NCBI RefSeq assembly: GCF_009914755.1
Contig: NC_060930.1
Source of the DNA: the human T2T-CHM13v2.0 reference genome, Homo sapiens
Reading direction: 5' to 3' (one strand)
Length of the DNA: 64,000 nt
How positions within the stretch are numbered: the first letter of the stretch is position 1; each line of letters begins with the position of its first letter. Both the position numbers and the translations under genes were made by a program. Below, one piece after another: positions 1 to 18,611 of this stretch. The notes under the pieces were generated by a model that worked only from the letters and a program-made list of their open reading frames with translations, was not told where the DNA came from and did not search any database.

Positions 1-2893
<2,893 letters not shown>

Positions 2894-4133
2894 AGAGAGA
2901 AATTCTGCCAACATCAGCAACATTCATCCCAGAATCCCTTCTTTCAACTACTCCACATACTGTTGTCTGTCATATTACATTCCACTTCTAATTCTATAAT
3001 GTAGTTTGAGAATACTACATCACTTAGTTTGAATTGTTTATCAATTTAATTGCATGTGATATAACAATTTGATTTACTCCACATTATTTAAAACTTTGCT
3101 GGCAGAGATGCATTTATAAGGGATGATACACAAGTTTTCATGTTAAAAATGGAACTTTGAAAAAAATTGAAAAAATTGAGCTGAACTTTTGATGCACTCA
3201 AAGGTATTTTGGAGGAAAGTTATTTTAATATAAAAACAGGGAAAAGGATGAAGTTGGAACTCATAGAACAACTCTGATTGTGACTATTCAGTATATGGCT
3301 ATTTTATCAGTAAAGAGACACTGAAAATCCTCAGAGAAAACAAGCAAATGTTTTCATGCTTGTCAAAAGAACAGGTACGAAGAAGCCAAAGAAATTGAAT
3401 CACTTAATGACAGGCAAATTTTGGCAGTCTATGTTTATCATGGGTATGAATTTATGACTGTACAAAGCAATAGTATTATCTTGTCTGTACGGTCAATGTT
3501 AACCATATCACTACAAGGAACATATATTAGTGACTGAAAATATCTGAAGAATAAACTCTAAAATGATCACAGATACTGTATTGCCAGCTCTTGGCATGGC
3601 CTAGAGCTAATAGTAAAAATATATACCTTATTTGCAGCTTTCTAGCACCTCCCACCTAAGGGAAATAATAGCAAGTTTTAGATTACAACTCTGTTTATCT
3701 CTTAAACAACCATGTCTCAATTTTGATGTTGTGATTATATCACAATATTGTATCTACCATAACTGCATGGGTTCTGGCATTACTTGAAGAAATAGAAATA
3801 GCTATATATATAATTATTTTGTTTGAAAGACAAAAGCCCTCAAGAGAATTTTATTCAGAAACTTAAAGGTGTAGAAAAATATAATTATCTCATGACCTAA
3901 ATTGTGTTTAAAAAGACAATACAAAATAGTTATATCAACACAGGCAAAAAGACCAGTGACACAACACAAAAGCTGACAGAACAGGTGCAGTGCTGATACT
4001 AAATCAGTACTGAGCCGTGGGACTAATCACAGCCTGTTTTATCTACTCTATTTTGGTTCAGACTCTATCTCAGAGTCTGAAGCTGCTGCAGGGCTGTATT
4101 CAGCTACTAGATAGGGCTTGGGACCAGGTGTGA

Positions 4134-4137
<4 letters not shown>

Positions 4138-4175
<38 letters not shown>
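4138..4175. repeat. (TG)n(AG)n microsatellite
   Basis: Directly visible dinucleotide runs. Confidence 0.95.
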
Positions 4176-6240
4176 TTTGGAAATAGTAAATGGTGCTGTA
4201 TTACTAGATAATTCTAAATTATATGTCAATATTTTTCTTGTAATTATATAGAATTTTTTATATTTATAAACAAACAAAACAACAAAAAAAAATTTTCCCT
4301 TAATGTACATCAACTGTTTACAGATGCCACAGATTTTGAGAGGGAGATGCAGTCTGTGGCAAAATAACTTAATATATGGACATGAGTACCATTTATTTAA
4401 TTCCTGAATATAAATTATATTTCTGGTTAGAGAGGCAATAATTTTAGGGAGCTATAGACTGCTTTGAACTCCAGGACATAAAGTCCATTGCAGCAGACTT
4501 AAGTCACTCCTTACTGGTTTTTTACTGGACCTTACCATTATTCCTTCTGTCTCTCTGAAGATGTAAAGATAAAAGGATAAGGGCAGGCATGTTTCCTTCT
4601 AAGCGGAGAGGCTCTGGTCTTTTACTACAATAGTCAGTGCCCCAGAAAAAAATTCAAGAGGCAAAGTCTCCTTAGAAACAATAAAAAAGATTCTAAGTAT
4701 CATATTTTTTTGTACCAAATGCATATAGTTTTCACTAAATCTTTTGAAGTGTATATTTAAACTGACTGTATTGCTCCCAGAAGACTAAACACAAATTTGA
4801 ACTCACAAGCTTTGGATATTGTATTGCACTTTTTATCACAGAAGAATTTACTTTGGTATACAAATTATAAAAGGCATGCATATATGGGTCTAAGCCAAAA
4901 ATATTAATCAATAAAACAAAACGGTGCAATTTTCATAATTACAACTGCACTAACCAGTGTAGCAGGATTTAAGGTACAGTCTTGAGTGTTACCTTATGAT
5001 ACATGTGCATCCTTCAGTTGTCTTTTAGGTAGCGTTAAGTTCCAGTTACTCCCAGGTAATTATTTTTCTTTAAGGATTTTTTAGAGATAATATAATTGGA
5101 CATTTTGTTTATCAGACAACACTTAGGACAAAATTTAAGACAATTATTTTCTTGTTGTAAAATTGTTACTATCTGTGTTTTTGTTGTGTAACAACAATGA
5201 GAAAGGGTAAATTGAAGCGGTGTCAGAGTGGTCTCAGAGAGGCACTTTTGGAGACTTTTGAGAAGGTTTTGGGTGAGAGTAGATCAGGGCCTGGACCAAC
5301 ATATTGACAGTGAGTTCCATGTGGTGATGGCTTTGGAACCCTCCCTGATGCGGGAATATGTACCATTGGAAGTGTGGAACACTAACCTAGCCCCATGCCT
5401 CATTATGGAAGTCCTTCTCCCATGAACTGTTCGTAGGAATACACATTTGTTCATTCTGTACAGCTTAACAATTATATCACCACATGAATTGTACATAATC
5501 CTCTACCCAACAATTCACAAGCAGGAATTTACCCAAGGAAATAAAGAAGTATAAGAAGTAAAGAAGACACAAAAATACATTGTGATAGGTCCCACCCAGG
5601 CCTGGATTCTAGTTCTCTTCCGTTTTACAGAACAGGAAAGCTTTGGTTGACAGTCTGATCATCATTCCCTTACTTGCTATGAACTTGTGCATGTGTGACG
5701 TATGGTCATATTTTCATAAATTGTGAAAAAAGAAGATAGGGCCAGTGGCACAGTTAGAAATTATATTCAGAACCCTGTTTGATCCACGTGACATGAATTG
5801 CTAAAAGCATTACAAAAGTTATTATAAAAGGTAATTTTCAGAGTTTCAGGATTACATGGTTGGAAGTTGAGATGTCAGAAAGCCACATTCAGGGTTTTCT
5901 ACATCCTTTCAGAAATTCAATCTAGACGAGTTGAAACTAATCACCACTGGCCTAAGCTTCTTTCTCATGAGGATCTTGTAAAACACACAAAGCGGACTTC
6001 ATTGATTACCCCTGGCCTTTTGCCTTTTGTTACATTGAATCTCTCCAGCTATTACAAATGACTGTCACTTATAAAAGACTTATTTGTTAGCATCTTATTT
6101 TTTCCGAGGGGCATAAAAACAGTTCTTTGTGATACTATGTAAAGTATACATTAAAAAAGTAAACACCTAAATAGCATTAATTAGCATTAACAATATGACA
6201 ACTATATGTCATGACATACACTAAAACAACAATTAACGAC

Positions 6241-6495
6241 AATAATAGCAGCTAACATTTATTTAGCACTCACAGTATTATGACCTTGCAAGGTACTCTT
6301 TTATAAGCTTTATAGAAAATGACATATTTAATCTTCACAAAAAGCCTTTGAAGTTAGTCCTGTAACTATCCCTCTTTTACACATAAGAAACCTGAAAAAC
6401 AGAGAGGAAAACTGGCTTACCCAACATCACACAGGGAAACAAGATTTGATCCCATATAATCTGGCTTTAAAACCAGAAATTCACTCCACTACATT
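6241..6495 (-). mobile_element. MIR SINE
   Basis: Reverse-strand MIR core and tail: aataatagcagctaacatttattt...tttaatcttcac...ttttacacataagaaacctgaa...cccaacatcacacag. Confidence 0.75.
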
Positions 6496-6687
6496 CAATA
6501 TTAAAATAGTTCACATGTGTTGTCTTTTTTTCTCCTTACTTTAATTATTTTTTAAATGATTATATAGGAAGATATTCAAACTATATTGTTGAAAAAAAAT
6601 CAGAGTTTGGAAAATAATAAACATGATCCTATGCATATAATCATATAATCTCATACACATACACAGACACACATACACATGTTTTTG

Positions 6688-6904
6688 AGAAACAACATAA
6701 CAAGGATCCTAGGGGAAAATAAGAGCAGTGGCCTCAGGCTAATGTGAAAAATCATAATTCTTACTAAATTAGATTCACTTATCTACTTCTCTGATCAATG
6801 TGTTTTCTCATCTGCTGGTCTTTTTGGTGACGTTTCCATTCTCTTCCTTAATCTTCCACAACTTTAAGCATTTGATTCATGCGCAATGTAGAAGCTCAAA
6901 AGGC
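6688..6904 (+). repeat. Copy A of a ~215-bp dispersed direct repeat (partner at 7800-8015)
   Basis: Alignable end to end with the partner, with a 49-bp identical core agcagtggcc...ctaaattag. Confidence 0.93.
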
Positions 6905-6923
6905 ATATAGGGTATAAAACCTG

Positions 6924-6931
6924 ATATATAC

Positions 6932-6983
<52 letters not shown>

Positions 6984-7077
6984 GTATACACACACATATA
7001 TATATACACATATATATATACACACACACATATATACGCATATATATACACATTAACAATTATATATATACACACAC
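6924..7077. repeat. Compound (TA)n/(CA)n microsatellite
   Basis: About 150 bp of alternating purine-pyrimidine sequence. Confidence 0.95.
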
Positions 7078-7799
7078 TTTCTGTATATACACAGAGAGAA
7101 AGTTAAATGCTATTTATTAAAATCTTAACAGTGTTCATTTCTGATGAAAGATTTAAGAGATTTTTGACTTTTTTGACTTGTTTATATCATTCTGTTATAT
7201 AAAATTTTAATGAGAAAATATCATTTTTATAAAAATATTCTGAAAAGTGAAATATGTAATTATATGGACAATATTTTAACTATATTATTTAAAAAAGCAG
7301 ATTTCCAAATTTGTATGCATTTACGATGACATTTTTGTACTCTTGAGTCTACATGTATACTCAACATATACTCTTGTAAAGTGATGGAAGCACATCAAAA
7401 TATTAATAATAACTATCTACATGTGTTCAATGCTTTTTTCAAAAATGTACTTTATTTTTACTATAAATTTTCATATATTATTTTTCATTGAGAAAAAACA
7501 CTGGTACAAAAAAACTTATTGAAGAAGAAAAGAGGGAAAGAGAAAAGCAGGGAGCGAGAGGGCATGGGAAATGGAGTTAGAAACATCTGGAAGATAAAAA
7601 CCTAGTTCTGGTGCCATCATTTACTGGATGCCACTTTGCCTATATAAATCTTCTGTATTTGTTAAAAACTCATAGCAGAGCATAGTAATAATACTTTATT
7701 GTTGTGAGGTAAGCCTCATAGGATTACTATGTAGATTAAAGAGTTGATGAAAATAAATTCAGATCTTTGGAATGGTGCTTCTCTTTGGCCTTTACCTCA

Positions 7800-8015
7800 A
7801 GAAACAACATAATAAAGATCCTAGGAGAAAAAAAAAAAAAGCAGTGGCCTCAGGCTAATGTGAAAAATCATAATTCTTACTAAATTAGGTCGACTTATTT
7901 ATCAGATTGATGTGTTTTCTCATCTACTGGTCTTTTTGGTGATGTTTCTATTCTCTGCTTAATCTTCTGCAACTTCAAGCATTTGATTCATGAACCATGT
8001 ACAAGCTCAAAAGGC
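7800..8015 (+). repeat. Copy B of the ~215-bp dispersed direct repeat
   Basis: Matches 6688-6904 at roughly 85% by eye. Confidence 0.93.
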
Positions 8016-9124
8016 TTTATTTTTCATTCAACTTAATCAGGATAGCATAACAGTTTCTGTATTCCTTGCCTATTCCTCAAATCATGGAGCATGGAATTGA
8101 AGCACACACCCAGATACTGGATGAATCCAGGTCAAGTGTTTTCCCTGGTTGTTGCCAACATAGGAACTTCTATCTTCCCCTTCTCAGGCTGAATTTTCTC
8201 CCCTAAACTCTAAATCATTGACTTTGGCCCTAAAATTTGGCCTAGTCATTATCAGTTAATTTTCAAAGTTGAAGATTACTTCCCACCCTTAACTCTAAAG
8301 TACTGAGCATTTCTAAGGCTTTGTGCTCCAGGGCTCTGCCTTTCTGCTTGAGTCACCCTAAGAAAGACTCCACAGGTGGTCTAAGAGCCTGTTAGCATGA
8401 AGACTCTGAGGATGTCTGTATCACAGGCATTTTCTAGTTCTGCGGTTCCATGTTCTTAAAATGTTTGGGCCAGGTTGCCATGTACAATCATGTGTCTTTC
8501 AGAGAGGCCTGTATCCCTCTATCTGTTATTCTGTACATAAAGAATGCTGCTGATCTACAGAATATGTAGCATAGAAAAGCTGACTCCTCTTGTGTGTTTT
8601 TGATTTAACCAATCAACCAACCAACCATACATCAAAAGCATGTTTAATTACCAGGTGGTGACTCTTTGGTATCCAGTTATTCTATTCCTGCTACCCCCCA
8701 TGCCAGCACGCTGGTCATGCAGCTGCCTAGCCCTGCTTTGTACCCACATCAAAGCACTTACTGTGCTCTATTTTTAAATGGTCATTCTGTCATTTTTCTC
8801 TGGGATTATACTCTTTGCTCTCTGAGGGCAAGGGCAATATCTGAGCTTGCTCTCACTTCTTCCTGGCTCCAGGATACAGAAGTCTCATTAGGTCCTTTGT
8901 TCAAGTCATCCTAGGTGAGAGCAAAGGCACTTCAGCATCAAATCTATCTGGGGAAATTATTTAGTGATACTTTTGTGCCACGTGTATTTTGTATCCTGCT
9001 TTGGATAAATAGAGAGTAGTGACCTGCCTTTCTGAATCAAATAACTGAATTTGGTGAATCAGTTTTATGCTCAATGTCATGTTTGTGTTCAGTACTAAAA
9101 ATTGTTTCTCAAGGAAATCTTGAG

Positions 9125-9640
9125 GTACAATAGAAGTAGCATTGGATAAGAGTCATGTTAGCCAGAAGACACCAGTATTTAGATTCCCTTCATTTCTAAA
9201 ATGGGAACTACTATATTCTCTCCCTTTTCTACACAAGGAAGATTATTTTGAGGATTAAATGAGATGATGTGTTTGAAAATGTCATCCCCAATGTAAAGGT
9301 TTTAGTCAATGTAAGTTAATACTAAATATTATCATGCCTAAAATGAAAATAACCACTGGGAAGGTATCTTAGTATTATTAACAGAGTTGGCTTGAAGGCC
9401 AAATGTCATCATCCTCACTATCATCACAAAGATAACAATATCAACTATAAGTATATGATGGGCATTTAGTATTTGCTAAAAACTCTTTCTAATATTTGTA
9501 TATTTCTAATGTTCTTGACTTGCAAGGTAGGTATTATTCTCTCAGTTTATCAGGTGAGTAAACTGATGCTCAAAAAGAGAATGGCTTGATCAACATCACA
9601 TGGCTTTTACATGACACAGTGAAAGAGAATTCTAAATTGT
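9125..9640. mobile_element. Two MIR fragments (~9125-9320 on +, ~9420-9640 on -)
   Basis: MIR core motifs ttcatttctaaaatggg...gaggattaaatgagatgatgtg and aggtaggtattattctctcagtttatcaggtgagtaaactgatgctca. Confidence 0.65.
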
Positions 9641-10983
9641 ACGTTCTCATCTTGGAATTCCAAGGTGACAGCAACAATAATAACACAGATTAGTTGTTTC
9701 TCTTACAAATGTAATGGATTGCTCAAAACATATGTGAATAAAAGACAAGCAATTGGAATGTACTCTAGGACTGCTATTTGGCATTCTGCATCCAGGAGCT
9801 TTCTAACCCATTAACTGAAGAATTACTCATTCCTTTGCCAAGGTGTCAGTTTGTGTACTTGAGATACATGAATTTCTTGGCACAAGACTCTCCCAGTTGG
9901 ACTTGAAGGGGTAAAAAACACAAGTTACTAAAAAAAGAAATCTTTAACTTCTCCATTCTCTTACAGTTTATTTTTAATAGTAGAGTTAGGTCAAAGTGAG
10001 ATTTTGTCATTTGACTTCTCAAGCCATCAACACAATGGAGCTTTTTACGTTTCAAATATCAACATTTAGTTCTTCTAAGGGCGATATTTGTGACTGTGAC
10101 TGGTATAGATTTATGTAAATTTCTCCCATCATTTCTGTCATAACTATTCTAGAAAATTACCTTCACAGTTTCCATGATAATTCCCATAGTTCTCTCCCAC
10201 CACTATTTCAGGAAAATGTAATCTTCTATAATTTCAATCTGACTTTATGATTCACAGGAAACATTAATTTTTCTAGCTTCAGGGCTCACACATGTAAAAT
10301 TTAGATAATATTGCTGTCCTGAAGCTTTCTTTAAGTGAGATAATATATGCAGAAAACTAGCAGATTGCTTCATACATATACACCTGCTCATTAAATTCCA
10401 ATTCCCTTCCCATTTCATTCGCATAGGATGAGTTGACCTTTGGAGATGAGGGTAACAAAAGACTGTGTCAGATTGTACATGTGCACACATTTTTTAAAGT
10501 ACAGTAATTTTATATGTATAACACCTCGATCTTATACAATCTTTTTTTCTTAAAGAAAAAAAGTAGAAATAAATAGTTTAAGTTTATCATGAAGTAAAGA
10601 TATACATCTTAAAATGTTCTTAAGAATTAAGACTTATTAAAATAAGATCTAGTCTAAGGCCTCTCTGCAGGCTTGGGAATCAAGCTTTACTTTATTTCTT
10701 TTAACCAGAGCCACTTTATTTCCGTATTAAGTAGTTCTGCTCCATTTGACCCAGGGACTCTTAACCCTTATTTCAATTTCTTTTCAGCTTTAAGTGGAGA
10801 ATAATAATAGCACCTCTCTTATCCTTCAGAGGGTTGTTGTGAGGAGCAAAACGAGAATGAATAAAAGTGAAGGAACATTAACAAGATGAAAATGTTGAAA
10901 TAAATATGTTAAAATTATATTAGGCAGTACCTTGAGTGGATATTTCTGTTAATTACAGAAGAGCTCAGGATCTAAAGAACTTA

Positions 10984-11414
10984 TGCAGAAACTGCTACAT
11001 GCTCCACAAAAATTTATGTTTGCCTCTTTTTCTGGGCGTATTGTTTAAAAAACTGTTCTAAGTTTCTCTTTATGTGTGATTAACTAAATCATATCTAACA
11101 CAGTAAGAGCAGAATGATGTATTTGACTTCTAAATCTGGTACATAAAACCTCCTGTGTAGGCTTTTTTATGCCTTTTTCTCTGTTTCCAGTTAGAGTGCT
11201 GCAATGGAAACAAGTTGCAAGGGAACCTGGACTCTTGAAGATGGCAAAGTCTGTGTCTACATGGGTTCATGAATGACTATAAGCAGGAGAGATTCATCAC
11301 TGATATATAAACACAGCTGATATTATATGAAGAAGTAAAATTTTATTATATGGAAACCATTACACATGTTTGGGCCAATTTGTTAGAGCAGTCAGAATAA
11401 ACCTAACCAATATA
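10984..11414 (+). mobile_element. MaLR solo LTR (MLT1J-like)
   Basis: MLT1-type motifs gagcagaatgatgtat..acttct and a 3' end tttgttagagcagtc...ctaaccaatata. Confidence 0.6.
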
Positions 11415-11764
11415 AAAATCAAATCTTATGGTGTTGAGAACTCTAATCGACTTTCGTATGTTTTGATAATCAGTTAAGTCCTCCTAATGAAAATGTAAAA
11501 ATTAACACATTTGCTGAAATTGAAAAGAAAGAGGACATTTGCTGTCATTAACAAAGCCACACAAGCATTTCTCAGTACTCATTTATAGAAACTATGTACC
11601 TGATATAATGCTTATAAAATTTTATAACATGGTCACGAGGATTACTTTTTATATTTTATATAAAATAATCACTCTATCAACAAGCTTATAGTTAGAATTC
11701 ATTAAATAGTAGCTTAATATGAATAAGAATTACTGGGTTATTCATTTTTTTCCAGGGAGGTACT

Positions 11765-11940
11765 GATAATAATTTATTACTACTAATAATTACTATGTGT
11801 TTTTTATATTCTTAGAACTTTACATGTTCTTATTTAATTCACATAAAATGCCTTGGAGAAAATGCTATTATTATTCCCATTATACACCTGAGGAAAGTGA
11901 GGGGCTAACAGGTTAAGCAACTTTCTAAGGTTGCACACAA
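11765..11940 (-). mobile_element. MIR SINE
   Basis: attattcccattatacacctgaggaaagtgaggggctaacaggttaagcaactttctaagg. Confidence 0.75.
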
Positions 11941-12350
11941 TATTGTTCGGGATAAGTAAGATTAAGCTACAATAAACACACAAATTTCAAGGGTCTTCAC
12001 AAAACAAAAGTTCATTCCTCACCAAGACTGCATTTTAGACTACTACAGGTTAGACTACTAAGACTATGTGTTAGTGAGTTTATAGGAGTTGATGGTCAAT
12101 ATTGTTGCTCAGGGACCCAAGCTGAACAACTTTTCGTTTTGACACCAGCTTTCCCTGTCAATTGGTTAAAAGCAAAAAGACATGACAAATCATGCGCTAG
12201 ATCTTAAAGCTTCTTCCCAGAAATGATACATGTTCTGTTCACATTTCCTCAGTCAAAGTATGTGACAGGGTCATGCCAACTTTCAGAGGCAAGAGCAATA
12301 CAATCACATATCTGAAGAAAGAGAAGTAAATTTGTGTGAATATTATTATC
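11941..12350 (-). mobile_element. MaLR solo LTR (MLT1J/K-like)
   Basis: ctcagggacccaagctga and cttaaagcttcttcccagaaatgatacatg...ttcacatttcc are typical of antisense MLT1J-L. Confidence 0.55.
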
Positions 12351-13284
12351 TTAAAGTACGTGTATGTCTAATAAGTGGAGGAGGAAGGATGCAAACTGAG
12401 GCAGTTTGGTTCCAAAGTTAGGATTTTTAACCACTAAGTTCTTTCTAGATAACAAAGGTCTTGGGTGTAGTAAAATCAGACTGAATAAGCAGTCCATAGC
12501 CTCCTGATAGGAATCTGGTAATTTTGTGTAACTTGGTGTCATAGACAAATGACAGCTTGTGGGATTTTAGCATTGTTCTGTTTGTACATCTGGAGCAGTT
12601 AGGGCCAGGTGATGTCCAGGACCCCTTTCTGCTTCTGTCAAATATCTTCTAAGGACACAATTATAAAATAAGCCTTTTCTCCAGGAATCCTTGTACTATT
12701 AGTTATATAGACCGTTATCCCTGAATCTGACTATAACAACCAGTTCTGATTCATAACTTTTCTTCAGTTGGCCGAGTAAGAGGGTCACCTTCATTTGTAT
12801 AACACTTTGTAATCTACAGTACTCTTTCATAATCCCACCTCCTACCATGCCCACAAGTTTTGAAGGTATGGTAAAAAGTAAATTATAGGCTATGAGCCAG
12901 CAATTATTCATTCAATGTTTCCATTGTGCTACACAGCATTTCTTACTAAGAGATAGGGTATAGTATGCCAGTTGTTGCTGAGACCATGAAAATTGACTAC
13001 CTTGTAATTTCAAAACTTTTGCTAAATAAAATTTAACATTATTCTTATTATTTAATGGAAGCTTAGCTTAAAATAAAATAAACTAGAAACTGAAAATAAA
13101 TGTTTCTTCTGGTTAAACATGCCTTAATATATATGCATATTTATCTGAAGTCAGTTTCACCTCCCCATACAAAACAGAAAAACAAAATTTAAAATTTAAA
13201 GAAACCACACACTAAAATGAAGAAATTGAAAAAGGCATATTGTTTCTAAAGACAAGAAAGCAGGAAAGCAAAGGCTTTTTTCCC

Positions 13285-15545
<2,261 letters not shown>

Positions 15546-15654
15546 TAACTCCTTTCTCTCTGTTACTGTCTTCAGTGAACTCTAGCCACTTGGTCTCAGA
15601 CTGTCAGCTCCATCTTCTCCACTAAGAGGTCTATCAGGATCATACGGTTTCTCC

Positions 15655-15800
15655 TTCACACACACAATCTATGTGTGTGTGAGTGTGTGTGTATGTGAGG
15701 TTTGGCTGTGTGTGTACACACATATATATACATACATGTATTAATATATTAAGTATATATATACTTTATATATATATACACTAAATAATATATATGCTAA
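15655..15800. repeat. Low-complexity CA/TG/TA repeat
   Basis: Directly visible. Confidence 0.85.
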
Positions 15801-15989
15801 ATTATCTATTTGGTAGAATATAGAAATTTGAAACCTATGTTTATGAGAATGGGAGTATATACATGTGAGATAGAATCAAGGCTGTCATTAATTGCTTACA
15901 TTATTATTCTTAGAAAGACTGGGTATTTGGTAACACTGCATCCTCTTGAAGCTGGGCTGCAAAGTGATGGTGCAAACTGGGAAATTTAC

Positions 15990-16670
15990 TGAAAATGTCC
16001 ATAAGGAACAATGACCAATCCTAGACCAGATGGGAGACAGCTGCCCAGAATCATAGTGAAAGGACTCTAGTTCAGATGGTTACAGGAAGGCACGGGACTC
16101 CAAGAAAGAGGTCTTCATAGATAGGAAATAAAAGTACTTGATAGATTAACTGTGGGTTTTAATATATTGCAAAAAAAATTGACAGTTGTCAGGATACTTG
16201 GGAATGAATTAATGGTACGTACCCAGAAATGTAAAAAATGTAATGAGGCAATTAGCAACTTCAGGGAAAATTAAAAGTTGTACAGGAATGAATATGTGAT
16301 CTCTGTGGCTTTAACCAGGCATAAGATTTACATAGTATGATGTCACTATGAATACTGATTTAATGAAAAATGATAAAGTACAATTAGTGAGACGGCAAGA
16401 GTCAATGTACATGTGTGTCCATGGCGTAAAAGCACAGACTCATCTCTACAGCAGGTAGAAAATATTGTGCACTTAAAAAATCAAGAAAGAACAGTATGGT
16501 TTTTTTTTATGTTTAGAATTATATAGGCAAAATATATAAAAAAGAAAATTAAAGTGGTTGCTTTGCATCAGTAGGAATTGGGGTGTTTTAGTAGTGAGCA
16601 GAAGGCTTCTAGTTATTATTATTTTGTAGGTCTAAATGCATTTATTATTTTGACTAGATTAAAAGTAAAT
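15990..16670 (+). mobile_element. HAL1-like ancient L1-related element
   Basis: aggcaattagcaacttcagggaaaattaaaagttgtacagg...atttacatagt...gaatactgatttaa resembles the HAL1 3' region. Confidence 0.55.
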
Positions 16671-16714
16671 CAATACAAAGTTATCTCAATATAAACTTGC
16701 ATCAAAAGCTTCAA

Positions 16715-16960
16715 TGTGTTTGGTTAAGAGTTAAGAATACGCAGACAAACCACCTAGTTTGGAAACTCAGCTCTACCCCTTATTAAGTTGTAACTTGAAC
16801 ATATTACTTCACCTAGTGATGCTTCAATTTCTTAATCTGCAAAGTGGAAATAGTAGCTGTATCTGCCTCATATGGCTTTTAAGGGGAATCCAATGAGTTA
16901 ATCTTTGTAAAGTGCATAGAATTGAGACTGGTATATAGTAAGTGCTATTTTGTAGTCTAT
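16715..16960 (+). mobile_element. MIR SINE
   Basis: tggttaagag...ctcagctctacc...cttcaatttcttaatctgcaaagtgga...tgagttaatctttgtaaagtgcataga. Confidence 0.8.
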
Positions 16961-18611
16961 TATAGCAAAAGCAAAACAAAAGGACATTGATGTTGTAGTA
17001 ATGCTATTTTGGCTTGTTTTTTATATTTATACTGAAGAATCAATGCCAAGAACACAGCAACATCACTCGACTTTAACAGCAATGCTATTTGCATTGATTC
17101 ACACTAGATTTAAAGTATTCAAAGATTTTTAAAAATAAGTTGTCTTTGATGCTCCTATATCTGCTTGAAGAAACATTTTCTAGCACATTAGTCAGAGTAT
17201 GATAGCCCATTCTGTTCATACTGTGTTCATTCAAGATTTTTTTTCCAAAGTACTGAAAATCCTGCAATATGATTTTCAAAACCTGCAGTATGGGGGCAAC
17301 AGCTGGCCTGGTCAAGCTTCTTGGCCTAGTTGTGAGCTGGAGTCTGAGATGGATTACTAGAAGAAAAGTTGACCTACTTTGAATCTTTAGGTAGGAGGAG
17401 TTTGTTAAAGCAAAAATGATCCTGAAGGATGATATTGATATAAAGAGTAGTTCATTCCAGTTTCCACTTGTCAGCCACTAGGGAATATATAAACTATATT
17501 TGCCTCAAGGCATCAGCTTATCCTATAAAACCACTGCAGTATTATTCCAAAATGTGTATTAAAATCAGCAACAAAACAAAATCAACCTTTTTAAAAAAAT
17601 TATTTTCTTATTTCAGTAACCTTTTTGGGGTTAGTTGGTTGAGAATATATATTGCTATGAGGAATTTAATATTGTAAAAGAAACACGAATTTAGACAAAT
17701 GTATCCCGTTAATATATATCCTATATCTTGAGACAAATATATCCCAATAACTCATAAGAAATATTTAAAGAGCAATATAATATTGAAAATTTCTAACAAT
17801 AGGTTTTAGAATATTTGGTATGTCATGAGGTCCTCAAGGACAGTGACTTTTCATTTGTGTGCCTCTAAAACTCTGTACAAAATCCCAGACAAATTCAATG
17901 TTCAGTGAACACTTATGTCATTGAGTTAAACACTGGTTAAAAAATCTTTTCGGGGAGATTTTATTTTTATTGTGACTCTGAGTCTGTCATTATAAATATG
18001 CAGTTTATTCATAATATTGTACCATAAAGGTCACAATGACAGGCAGTGGAAAAAATATGAATATAGAAACTTGAAGATGAGTTGATTTATTTCACAAAGG
18101 TAAACAGCAAATGCTGCATAACTGTCTGCTTTTAATTAGCTTGTCAAAAGATTTTGACAAAGACCTCCAGTGGATTACTGAACAAACCTGGATGCAGATT
18201 ACTTCTATTGAATCATTTATTGTCTTTCATAGGTTTTAATAGAATTGATCTAATCATACTCATTCTATTCTCTTATCAATTTTACACTCCTCTTTTATTT
18301 GCCTTTGTAACTATAAGGTTTGTAAAGATAATTTTTCCTCCTTTATGTTTGCTATAGCCACTCTCAGCTTTAACAAATATTTTAGATCTATCCTGATTTT
18401 TTTTTATTATTATAGTTTAAGTACTGAGATGAATATGCAGAATGTGCACGTTTGTTACATAGATATACATGTGCCATGGTGGTTTGCTGCACCCATCAAC
18501 CCATCATCCACATTAGGTATTTCTCCTAATGCTCTCCCTCCCCTTGCCCCCTACCCACTGACAGGTCCCATGTGTGATGTTTCCCTCCCTGTGCCCATAT
18601 GTTCTCATTGT

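Noticed and set aside
3260-3460. Stop-free stretch (NSDCDYSVYGYFISKETLK...) faintly like a Tc1/mariner catalytic motif
   Set aside because: The similarity covers only a few residues, and no TIRs or other transposase motifs are visible.
4057-4081. Perfect 10-bp hairpin ttcagactct-atctc-agagtctgaa
   Set aside because: Too short for a pre-miRNA or MITE, and could be a chance match in 64 kb.
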